A stretch of DNA of 64,000 bases from Squalus acanthias (taxonomy: Eukaryota), in NCBI GenBank assembly GCA_030390025.1, contig CM059431.1, forward strand, positions 152,212,001 through 152,276,000, given 5' to 3'. This document shows positions 50,990 through 62,594 of the stretch, in pieces; within the stretch, counting starts at the first letter, position 1, and each line of letters opens with the position of its first letter. Below the pieces are notes generated by a model. It searched no databases and was not told the origin of the DNA. It saw only the letters and a list, made by a program, of their open reading frames with translations. Made by a program: the position numbers and the translations under genes.

Positions 50990-53900
50990 TCATAGAATCA
51001 TCGAAAGTTACAGCACGGAAGGAGGCCATTTCGGCCCATCGTGTCCACGCCGGCCGACAAAGAGCTATCCAGTCTAATCCCACTTATCAGCTCTTGTTCC
51101 GTAGCCCTGCATGTTATAGCATCCCAAGGACACATCCAATTACTTTATTAATGTGGTTAGGGGTCCTGCCTCGACTACCCATTCAGACAGTGAGTTCCAG
51201 ACCCCCACAGTCCTCTGGCTGAAGAAATTTCCCCTCAAATCCCCTCTTAACCTTCCACCAATTACTATAAATCTCTGCCCCCTGGTGTTTGACCGCTCTG
51301 CTAAGGGAAATAAGTTCTTTCTATCCACTTTATCTATGCCCCTCATAGTTTTGGACACCTCAATAAGGTCTCACCTCAGCCTCCTCTGTTCCAATAAAAC
51401 AGACACAGCCTATCCAATCTTTCGTCATAGCTAAGATTATTTACTCCCGGCAACATCCTTGTAAATTTCCTCTGTAACCTCTCTAGTGCAATCACATCTT
51501 TCCTGCAATATGTTTACCAGAACTGCACGCAGTACTGTAGCTGAGGCCTAACTAACGTTTTATAAAGTTGAAGCATAACCCCCCTGCTGTTGTATTCTAT
51601 GCCACGGCTAATAAAGGCAAGCATTCCATATGCCTTCTTAACCATATTATCTACCTGGCCTGCTAACGTCAGGGATCTGTGGAACTGCACTCCAAGGTCC
51701 ATTTGTTCCTCTGCACTACTTAGTGTCCTACCAGTTAATGTGTATTCCCTTTCCTTGTTAGACCTCCCCAAATGGATAACCTCACACATCTGCGGATTGA
51801 ATTCCATTTGCCATTGTTCTGTCCACATGTCCAATTTATTGATATCCACCTGCAGTCGACAGCTTCCTTCTTCAGTATCAACATCAAGGCTAGATCATTG
51901 ATATCTGCCACAAAAAGCAAGGGACCTAATAATGAGCACTGCAGAACCCCACTGGAAACAGTCTTCCAATCACAAATACACCCATCAACCATTAGCCTCT
52001 GCTTCCTGTCTCCAAGCCAGTTTTGAATCCAACTTGACATTTTGCCCTCGATCCCATGGGCTTTTAACTTCGTTTTTCAGTCTGCCATGTGTAAAATTAT
52101 TAAAAGTCTTGCTAAAGTCCATATAAATGCACTAACCTTATCGACCCTCCTGTATTCTCCTCATAAAATTCAATCAAGTTTGTCAGACAGGACCTTCCCT
52201 TAACAAATCCGTGCGGACAATCCTTGAGTAATCCGTGTCTTTCTAAATGAAGATTTATACTGTTAGTCAGAATTATTTCCAATGATTTACCCACCACGGA
52301 GGTTAGGCTGATGGCCTGTAATTAATTGGTGTATCCTTTTCCCCTTTTTTAAACAAGGGTACCACATTAGCAGCCCTCCAGTCCTCCGGCACCACACCTG
52401 AAGCCAGAGAGGATTGAAAAATGGTGGTCAGGGCATCTGCTATTTCCTCTTTTGCTTCGCTTAACAGCCTGAGATACATTCTTCCGGGCTTGGGGATTTA
52501 TCCACTTTTTTAAAGCTCCTAAACCCCTTAATACCTCCTCTCTCACTATGTTTATTTCATCTAATATTTCACACTCCTCCCCCCTGATACCAATGTCTGC
52601 TTCGCCCCTCTCCTTTGGGAAAACAGACGCAAAGTAATCAGTAAGAACCCGACCGACGTCTCCCGCCTCCGCACGCAGATTACCCTCATGATCTCCAATA
52701 GCCCCAACCCTTTCTTTAGTTATCCTATTGTTCTTAATATATTTATACAACATCTTTGGGGTTTCCTTGATTTTACCTGCATAGAATTTTTCATGCTCTG
52801 TCTTTGCTTTCCCAGTATCCTTTAAAATTGAACCCCTGCACTTGCTGTAATCCTCTAAAGATTCTGTAGTATTTAGCCCTCGGTATCCGTCATACACCTC
52901 CCTTTTTTTCTTTATCCTACCCTGTGTGTCCCTAGATATTCAGGAGGCTCGAGCTTTGATAGTACCACTTTTTTTCTTTAAGGGCACATATTTGGTCGGA
53001 CCCCTCCTGATCTCCTCCTTGAATGCCTCCCACTGCTCTGACACTGATTTTCCTTCAAGTAGCTGTTTACAGTCCACAATGGCAGCATCCCCTGTGAGTT
53101 TAGCATAACTTGCTTTTCTCCAATTTAAATTTTTCATTCCTGGTGTATCCTTGTCCTTTTCCAGAACTACATTCAATCTAACAGAATTATGGTCACTAGC
53201 AACAAAATGCTCCCTCCCACAGATACGCCTTCTTTATTCCGTAAAACTAATTCCAGAACCGCCCCCTCCCTTGTTGGGCTTGCTACATACTGACTAAAAC
53301 GTTCTCCAGGATGCATTTTAGGAATTCCTCTATACCCTTCACACTAATTTTATCCCATTTAATATTGGGGTCATTGAAATCCCCTACTGAAACTGCCTAT
53401 ATATTTTGCAATTCTACGAAATTTGTTCCCATATTTTTCTTCTATCTCCCTCTCACTGTTTTGGGGGCTGTAGTACACTCCCAGCAGTGTGATCGCTCAT
53501 TTTTTTTCAATTCGACACATATGGCCTCCTTTGATGTTCCCTCCAACATAACTTCCCTCCTCGCAGCTGTAATAGTTTCTTTAAACAATACAGGGACCAG
53601 CCCTCTCCCTTTTCACCTCCCTCACTATCCAGGCTGAAAATCCTGTAACTAAGAATGTTGAGCTGCCATACCTGCACCTCTTTTAGCCACGTTTCAATAA
53701 TAGCTATAATATCATAGTCCCAAGTATCTACCTGCACCCTCAGCTCATCTGCCTTTTTCGCTATACTCCTTGCATTTAAATATAAACCATTTAGTACAGG
53801 CAAACCTCCTTGTTGACTACTTTCTATCCCTTGATTCCTCTGTCCAACCAATTTACTTTCTATGTTTTTGTTTTCCATTTCCAGTTTTTCTTCCCTCCTT

Positions 53901-54423
53901 ATTGACTCTGTACTTAGATTCCCATCCCCCGGCCAAGTTAGTTTAAACCCTCCCCAACAGCACTAGCATACCCTCCCGTGAGGATATTGGTCCCGTTCCC
54001 GTTGAGGTGCAACCCGTCTGGCTTGTAGGGGTCTAACCTTCCCCAGAAAATGTCCAATTCCCCAGGAATCTAAAGCCCTCCGTCCGACAACATCTCTCCA
54101 GCCACGCATTCATCTGCGCTATCTTCCTATTTGTGTTCTCACTAGCACGTGGCACTGGTAGGAATCCGGAGATTACTGCCTCTGAGGTCCTGCTTTTTAA
54201 CCTCTTTCCTAGCTCCCTAAACTCTGCCTGCAGGACCTCATCCCTCTTTCTACCTATGTCGTTGGTACTGATATGGACCACGACCTCTGGCTATTCACCC
54301 TCCCCCCTCAGAATGTCCTGCAGCCGTTCAGTGATATCGTTGACACTGGAACCAGGGAGGCAACATACCATCCTGGAGTCACGTCTGCAGCCGCAGAAAC
54401 GCCTGTCTGCTACCCTAACTATT
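50990..54423 (-). mobile_element. 3.4-kb degenerate CR1 (esterase ORF1 end, EN, RT, tail)
   Basis: Tail catagaatcat at about 50990; VHISTNDIGRK...ISGFLPVPRA and NARSI...IIETWL motifs. Confidence 0.9.
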
Positions 54424-55357
54424 GATGTAACTAGCAGCGTAGATAAATGGGAACCAGTGGATGTAGTATATTTGGATTTGCAAAAGGCATTCGATGAGCT
54501 CCCACATAAAAGGTTATTGCACAAGATACGTTCTCATGGGTTTGTGGTAATATAGTAGCATGGACAGAGGATTGGTTTACTGACACAAAACAGAGAGTCG
54601 GAAAGACGGTTCTTTTTCAGGTCGGCAGGCTATAACTAGTGGGTTTACCGCAAGGTTCAGTGCTGGAGCCTCAGCTATTTGCAATCTATGTTATTGACCT
54701 AGATGAAGGGACCGAGTGTAATGTATCCACGTTTACCGACGGTACAAAGCTAGGCAGGACAGTTATCTGTGAGAAGAACACAACGAGTCTGCAAAGGGAT
54801 ATAGAAAGACTAAGTGAGTGGGCAGTAAGTTGGTAGAAGGAGGATAATGTACGGAAATGTGATGTTATTCACTTATGTAGGAAGAATAGAAAAGCATAAT
54901 ATTTTTTAAATGGTGAGAATCTTTTAAATGTTGGTGTTCAGAGAGATTTGGTTGTTCTCGTGCTGGAAACACAGAAAGCTAGCATGCAGGTACAGCAAGC
55001 AATAAGGAAGGCTAATGGCGTGTTGGTCTTTATTACAAGGGGTTTGGAGTAAAGAGTTAGGAAGTCTTGCTACAATTGAAAAGGCCTTGGTGAGACCACA
55101 CCTGGAGTACAGGGCACAGTTTCATTCTCCTTATCTAAGGAAGGATATACTTGCCTTGGAGGCGGTGAAACAAAAGGTTCACTAGATTGATTCCTGGAAT
55201 GAGAGGGCTGTCCTATGATGATAGATTGTGCAGAATGGGCCTATACTCTCTGCAGTTTAGCAGAATGAGAGGTGATCTCATTGAAAAACACAAGATTGAG
55301 AAGGGGATTGACAGGGGGGTAGATGTTCCCCTGAGTGGAGAGTCTGAAACTAGAGGA
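54424..55357 (+). mobile_element. CR1 RT fragment
   Basis: YLDLQKAFDELPH and PQGSVLEPQLF motifs. Confidence 0.85.
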
Positions 55358-55362
55358 GCTTG

Positions 55363-55435
55363 TCCCGGATGGCACAGTCGGTAAAGAGTCCGAATTTTAA
55401 TCTGAGGGTCCAGGGTTCAAGTCCCTGTTCAGGCG
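55363..55435 (+). pseudogene. tRNA-Lys(UUU) pseudogene with the best-preserved 3' half
   Basis: ttttaatctgagggtccagggttcaagtccctgttcaggcg, with an intact T arm and B box; D stem and acceptor stem mismatched. Confidence 0.85.
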
Positions 55436-55835
55436 CTGCGTTTAACAGTGAAGAAAATGCCTAAGTTTAAACTTGAAAGCAAAGACCTCAGAAAATACCC
55501 CATCAAAACAATCATGCGTTTATTTGCAACGGACTAATATAGATTAAGTAAAAACTGGAAAATGTAATATATTTCATACTTTAGGTGTTGTAACAAATAA
55601 GCAACAAATATTAAGAAGTTTTATTGTGACAATAGGGAAGAGCAGCTTGAAATGCTCGTGTTTCATGTGGCTGCATGAACATAGAAATTGACCATCTCGA
55701 AACTACAGCTTAATGTATCTTAAACACCGCCACTATGACAAATCTTTCAAATACGTTTATTGGGATCAGAATGGACGGTTTTTGCTTCAGGGGGTTGCCT
55801 GAATGTTGGAATTGAGGATTTTGATTGTAAAGCAG

Positions 55836-55908
55836 CGTTTGGAGAGGAACTTGAACCCTGAAACCTCAGATTAATAGCCTGATGTTTCACCGACAGAGCT
55901 ATCTGGGT
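55836..55908 (-). pseudogene. tRNA-Lys-derived pseudogene (anticodon loop CTATTAA)
   Basis: rc acccagatagctctgtcggtgaaacatcaggctattaatctgaggtttcagggttcaagttcc; paralogue of 39338-39409. Confidence 0.8.
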
Positions 55909-55929
55909 TCGCACTTTTTTTTATAAGCA

Positions 55930-57965
55930 AGCGACTTTCAGTGTGTTTCAACCAGCGTAGCAGGGAGATGAGCACCATCATGTAGGAGTCGAATAGAGGA
56001 GTAAGGTGCATAAAAGATTGAGTGTGTTGGAGAAGAAAGTAGTACGGGAGGCGGAAGTACTACCATATTATATTGTAGCAGACTAAGAAATACTACCAAA
56101 AATTCCAAAATGATTTTAGAATGCATTTACTTAAACGCAGAAGGTGTGATGAATAAGGTTGGTGACCAATAAGCAGAATTAGTCGTGTGGCAATACGATG
56201 TTGTGTCAATAATGGAAACGTGGCTTAACAACGGCGAGGACAGGCCACTTAACATTTAAGGGTGCACAGTGTTCAGAAAGATAGGGAAGGAAAAATGGAA
56301 GGTGGGGTGGCCGTGCTGATTAAGGAAGACTTGGTCGTGGTGGAAAGGGAGGATGTTTTTGAGGCGACAAGGACAGAATCCATTTGCTTAGAGTTGAGGA
56401 GCAACAAGGGTATGATCACGCTATTGGGGGTATTCTACAGGCCTCCAAATAGTGAAAGGGAGCTAGAGGAGCAAATCTGCAGGCAAATCGCAGAGATATG
56501 CAAGAGCTGTAGAGTGATCATATTGTGCGACTTTAATTACACACATATCGATTGGGTTAATGCTAGGTTAAAGGGAAAGCTGGGGGAGGAATTTCTGAAA
56601 TGTGTTCAGGAGATTTTCCTTGACTAGTATGTGTTTGGCCCAACTAGGGAGGAGGCATTGCTGGATGTGGTGCTGGGGAATGAGGTGGGCAAGGTAGACC
56701 AAGTGTCTGTGGGAGAACACTTGGGTCCGCGTGATTATCATATCATAAGAATTAAATTAGCAATGGAATGGAGCAAGCAACAATTTAGAGTGAAACTTCT
56801 CAATTGGATTAGGGCTAACTTCAATGGGATGCGAAATTTTCTAACCAGGGTAAGACTAAAAGGAAAAACTATAATGGAACAATGCGTTATCTTTCAGGAG
56901 CAGATGATCCACGTACAGGCTAGGTACATTCCAACAAGAGGGAAGGGTAAGGGGAACAAAGCAAGAGCTCATTGGATGACGAGGGAGATAGAGATGATGA
57001 AACAAAAAAAAGAGGTTTTATGATGCAGGTCAGGTGAATTCTTCAAGGAGGAACGAGACCAAATACAATAAGTTGAGAGGGCAAGTGAAGATGAAAATAA
57101 GATTGGCAAAGAGAAAATGTGAGAATAGAATGGCGGTTAACATTAGAGGCAGCCCAAAAATCTTCTTCTGACATATAAAGAGTAAACGGGTAGGAAGATG
57201 GGGGGTGTGGCGTATTTGAGACAAAGAAGGCGATATATGCTTAGTGGCGCATGGCAAGGCTAGAATATTCAATGAGTACTTTGTATCGCTGTTTACTAAA
57301 GAGGTGCATGCTGACACAATATCGGTAGAAGTGGAAAAGTTGTAAGCAATGGAAGGGGTGCGAATGATCAACATGATGTACTAGAAAGGCAGGGTATACA
57401 TAGAGTGGAAAAGTCAACTGATACAAATGGCTTGCATCCCTGGTTTTACAAGAGAATTGCTGTAGGAGACAGCGGGAGGGCTTGCCTTAATTTTCCAGTC
57501 TTCCCTAGATGCGGAGGAGGTCCCTGAGGATTGGAAAGTGGCAAATCTGACATCATTGTTCAGGAAAGTGTGTAAGGACAGTCATAGTAACTACAGGCCG
57601 GTCAGTTTAACATCAGTGGTGGGTAAAGTTTGAGAAACAATAATCAAGGAAAAAAATAACAGGCACTTGGAGACGTTTAAGCTAATTAAGGAGAGGCAAC
57701 AGGGATTTGTAAAAGGCACATAATGTTTGACTAATACAATTGAAGTTTTTGATGAAGTAACAGAGAGGATTGATGAAGGAAATGCATTGGATGTTGTCTA
57801 CATTGATTTTCGGAAGGCGTTTGACAAAGTACCATAATGGTTCCGGGAATGGGGGATCTTAACTACAAGTGGAGGATGGAGAAGCTGGATTTGTTTGCAT
57901 TAGAGCAAAGGAGGTCGAGGGGTGATTTGAAAGAGGTGTTCACGATTATAACGGGTTGGATAGGC
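55930..57965 (+). mobile_element. Degenerate CR1 EN-RT with internal deletion
   Basis: ORFs 56262..56627 and 56631..57023. Confidence 0.88.
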
Positions 57966-58160
57966 TAGAAACCACTATGTTCACCCGAGGAAAACAGCAT
58001 ACATCATACACACGGCACAAAATGGAAGAAATGTTTCCTGATACCTATTCATTTTCGCAACAATAATCTGGTTTTCGTCCCAACTGAAAGAAGGCCATTC
58101 TAAAACGGAACTCGATCTGCAATTAAGCTCTAGTTAGTATAGGAAGCTCTGGTTTGATCT

Positions 58161-59062
58161 TCATATTTTGTTATACAATTTCCGAATCAATGTCCAGGGA
58201 GATTTCACTAATCTCACCAGCTCTTCCCTGAATTTGGTTTGGGTCGCTGCATAAATGCACGTGTTTGTACAGGAGCTCAAATACATGAGCATAAATCCGG
58301 TTACAGAGGCGATGTATGCAGGAGATGTATAATCGATTCGGTCATAAATGACCAGGGAGTCAATTAAAAAACTAACACTAGCTGTCATCCACATCAATAA
58401 AATACTGCCTGATACACTGAACAGTAAAATTATGGATTTCCTACGGTTCGCCATCTCTGGATCGCTCTGATTCTCACTGCAGTGACCCCGGATTCTCCTG
58501 CGGGCTCTGCTGGCAGCTAGAATCCGGCTGACTGTCAAACAATTGAACAGTAATATCAAAGCAAAAGGCAGCCATGGAGTTAAAAGAGTTTCTATCCAGA
58601 TGAATGCTGTACCTGCAGGCGAGGTAAAAAAACTCAATTTCAAGCGGCAACCCCAGTGAAAATTGTTAATTATTCGTTCAGTTTCATATGCAAACGAATA
58701 GGGGATATTGTCTAAACAGAGCAGAACTGAGATCGTTGTTATGATGGCGGCCGCAGTTCTCACTGTGCAATATTTCGTTTTAAACTTCTCACAACATATC
58801 GCGACATAGCGGTCAAATGTGAAGGAGATAGTAAACCACACGGATATATCGAGGACAGCAGCATTCAAGTATACAAGCAACCTGCAGACGGCAGTGTAAC
58901 TGAGGAATGAATGTGGAAAGTGATATGTAAAAATGCGGTACAGCAGCACATTGATGATCATGACCAGTAGATCTGCTGTTGCCATGGCCACCATGTAGAC
59001 CGAGATACATTTGGAAAGACCGCATGTTCCTCTGGAGAGAATCACGATTGTCAGTAGGTTCG
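58161..59062 (-). CDS. GPR139/GPR142-like class A GPCR (copy C), exon 2 of 2; spliced product 323 aa
   Basis: Open frame with ANLLTIVIL, MATADLLV, TM3 Cys, FTFDRYVAIC, ECL2 HWGC, WLPF and SCTNTCIY. Pyrimidine tract plus AG acceptor at 59063-59080. Phase matches exon 1. Confidence 0.9.
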
Positions 59063-59973
59063 CTGTAAGAAAGAGGGACAAGCGGTCAGTAACGGGCACA
59101 CTCGGATAAATCTCACACCATATTGTGGGGAAATGTGCTGATCAGTCCCTGTGCAGACGGATTTTTAATCATATAGGCGAGCGTTAACAAAGAGATTTTT
59201 AAAATAAAACAATGTACACTCAATATAGAGGGACTGAAAATCCGCCGTCATTCCTTGCAGACTTCAGACAGACATCGCCAAATATTAAATATAATTTCAC
59301 AGCAATTAATTTAAAGATATGAATTCAAACGAAACATTCAGTTGCGAGAACATCATTGAATTTAATTCGAAGTTATGCGCCTTTTAAAAAATCTACAATC
59401 GCCCTGTGGTGGGGTGGGGGACGGCGGTGGGGGTGTCGGAGTGGGGGGGGGGTGTCTGGGAGGGGTTGGTGGTGGGGCGGGGTGGGGGGGTGGTGTTGCA
59501 AGGTAACAGAGCGGGAGCTAGTGGAGACGCGAATGTTCTTTGCAGCCGAGGGGAGTGGAGCAGCTCCTGAGCGGTAATTATTGCTGAAAGTATCTTTCAA
59601 AGTCCCCTGTTGGATGGAGGTGGCTGCAGTTCGAGAAATTATCAACGTAAAATAAACAGAGTACAAGTGTACAACTGATGTGATTACTATCCACAAGAAG
59701 AAACACATCCTGTAGTGATCTCTATACTGTTGGAGGGGCCGGAGAATGTCAGCTTCGCCCTCCCTCAGTACAGGGAGGAAAGGCGAGCGCCCGGCACCCA
59801 CGAGCTACCGACCAGCCTCACCAGCCGAGTTGGCTATTTCGATTCCCACTGACATTCAACAACTTATCACAATGGAAAAGTGACTCTGCAATGAGGACAT
59901 TCTGGGAATCATTACATAATCATTAACACTGAGAGAGTCTGCAGCCATCAGACAACAGTATTCACTGACTTAC

Positions 59974-60043
59974 CGGGAATGCCAAAGGCTGCGAGAGCAG
60001 GATAGAAAATGATGCTGACCATTTGAACTGTTGGCAGTAACAT
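59974..60043 (-). CDS. GPR139-like GPCR (copy C), exon 1: MLLPTVQMVSIIFYPALAAFGIP + G
   Basis: ATG at 60043; 70 nt ending CCCG|gtaagt. Joins exon 2 as GIP-A-NLLTIVIL and completes TM1. 911-nt intron. Confidence 0.88.
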
Positions 60044-60121
60044 TTTTTAAGAAGGATATGTGACTTCTGTCCGGCAGTATGGTTAGCGTCAGAGTTTACA
60101 TGCGATCCATAAACACTGTCA

Positions 60122-60173
60122 TTTTATAGAAAACTCGGTGCCCCGTTGAGAATATTAGTCACAAGACAATTGG
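60122..60173 (-). promoter_or_regulatory. Candidate core promoter: TATAAAA (60128-60122) and CCAAT (60173-60169)
   Basis: Canonical motifs in the correct orientation, about 80 and 125 nt upstream of the ATG. Confidence 0.55.
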
Positions 60174-60454
60174 TGTTAGTTACAGTCACTTAACCAACAA
60201 GGCAAGATTTTCCGCTTCAGTGTGCCTGGGACACCAAATTGAATATTTTACAAATCAGTTCATGAAACTCCATGAATTCAAATAAATGAACGGGAACTCA
60301 TAGCAGATGGAATGTACTGGGCGCAAGCACCGTGATCCCCAAAGGGAACAGCCCACACAGGCACTGCGTTCGGTTACTGCTCCCTCGCAATAATTGGTGA
60401 AATCTTAACTCTCCATTAGACAGTTAAATTTAGCTTTGCACCATGATGAAAAAT

Positions 60455-62575
60455 GTAGTTGACCCAACTCTAACCTTACTGGTGGTGACGCAACTGTAAC
60501 CTTACTGGTGATGACGCTACTCTGAACTTAGTGGTGGTGACTCTACTCTAACCTTCCTGGTGTTGATCCTACTTTAACATTACTGCTGGTGGCTCTACTC
60601 TAACATTACTGGTGTTGAGTCTGCTCTAACATTACTGGTGATGACCCTACTCTAACGTTATTGGTGGTCACTCTACTCTAAAATTACTGGTGATGACTCT
60701 GCTTTTACGTTACCGGTGATGACGCTACTCTATCATTACTGGTGGTAATTCCACTCTATCCTTACTGGTGGTGACTCTACTCCAACATTTCTGATGGTGA
60801 GCCTACTTTAACATAACTGTTGATCACTCTACTCTTACAGTATTGCTGATGACACTATTCTGGCCTTACTGGTGGTGATCATAAACTAACATTACTGCGG
60901 CTGACTCTACTCTGGCATTACTGGTGGTGATCATAAACTAACATTACTGGTGGCGACGCTACTCCAGCATTACTAGTGATGAACCTTCATTAACATTACT
61001 GGTGGCGCTTCTATTCTAACGTTACTGGTCGTGGATCATCCGTAACATTATTGGTGGTGATTCTACTCTTGCATTACTGGTATTGACCAAAGTCTAACAT
61101 TAATGCTGGTGACTCTACTCTAATATTACTAGTGGTGACCCTACTCTGACATTTCTGTTGGTGTCCCTACTCTAACATTACTGATGATGACCCTGCTCAG
61201 ACATTATTGGTGATGACACTACTCTGACATTACAGGTGCTGACCGTTCTCTAACAATACTGGTGGTGATCATAATCTAACAGTATTGGTGGTGACACTCC
61301 TCTAACATTACTGGTGTTGAATCTACCCCAACAATACTGGTGGTGCTTCTACTCTATGATTACTGGTGAGGGGCCTACTTAACATCACTGCTGGTGACAC
61401 CACTCTAACTTTAAAGATGAGGACTCAATACTAGCATTACCGGTGTTGACTCGACCCTAACATTACTGGTGATAACCCTACTCTAACTTTAATGGTGGAG
61501 ACCATATTCTAATATTACTGGTTGTGACTCTGCTCTGGTGTTGAGTCTAGTCCAACGTAACTGGTGGAGACAATACGCTAACCTTACTGGCGATGACACT
61601 ACTCTAACGCTACTGGTGGTGACCCTACTTTAACATGACTGGTGGTGCTTGTACCCTAACATTACTGATGGTGACTCTACTCTAACACTACTTGTGGTGA
61701 CCCTACTTTAACATGACTGGTGGTGCTTCTACTCTAACGTTACTGGTGGTGACCCAACTGTAACATTACTGTTGATCTCCCTACTCTAACATTACTGATG
61801 ATGACCCGACTCAAACGTTATTGTTGATAACTCTACTCTAACAATACTGCTGGTGCTTCTATTCTAACGTTGCTAGAGGTTACCCAACTCTAACTTTATT
61901 AGTGGTGACTATAATAGAACATTACTGGTGGTGAACCTACTTTTACAATACTTGTGGTGTTCATAATCTAACATTACTGGTGTTGACTCTACACTAACAT
62001 TACTGGTGTTGAATATACACTAACAATACTGGTGGTGCTTCTACTCTAAAATTACTGTTGAGGACCCTACTTAACTTCACTTCTGGTGACTCCACTCTAA
62101 CATTACTGGTGAGGACTCAATACTATCATTGCCGGTGGTGACACGATTCTAACATTACTGGTGATGACCCGACACTAACTTTAATGGTGGAGACCATATT
62201 CTAAAATTACTGTTGTGACACAGCTCTGTGATGAGTCTAGTCCAACTTAACTGGTGGAGACAATACGCTAACCTAAATGGCGATGACACGACTCTAGCCT
62301 TATTAGTGGTGATGCTACTTTAACATGACTGGTGATGCTTCTACTCTAACATAACTGGTGGTGACACTACTCTAACATTACTGATGGTGACTCTATTACA
62401 ATATTACTGGTGGTGACTCTACGATAACATTATTGATGTTGACTCTGCGCTAACATTACGGGTGGTGACTCTACTGTAACATTACTGGGGGAACACAAAT
62501 CTAACATTACTGGTGGTGACTCTACTCTAACTTCACTGTTGATGACCCTAAACTAAAATTACTGGTGGTGAATTT
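60455..62575. repeat. 26-bp satellite, paralogous to 935-2270
   Basis: Same monomer and same flanks on both sides. Confidence 0.95.
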
Positions 62576-62594
62576 ATGCAGACATTTTTTAAAT

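Noticed and set aside
55836..55908. Functional anticodon-switched tRNA (ATT)
   Set aside because: Stems and B box are also damaged, so neutral decay is the simpler explanation.
59063..59099. ORF-track start MPVTDRLSLFLT
   Set aside because: The start codon is GTG within the intron upstream of the acceptor; the true exon 1 is at 59974-60043.
59356..59801. Pro/His-rich ORFs here and the paralogous 534..845 ORF
   Set aside because: Intronic; the composition comes from the G-tract and the frames diverge between copies.
60455..62575. Satellite as degenerate telomeric (CCCTAA)n
   Set aside because: Only a loose resemblance (ccctactctaac); no 6-bp periodicity.
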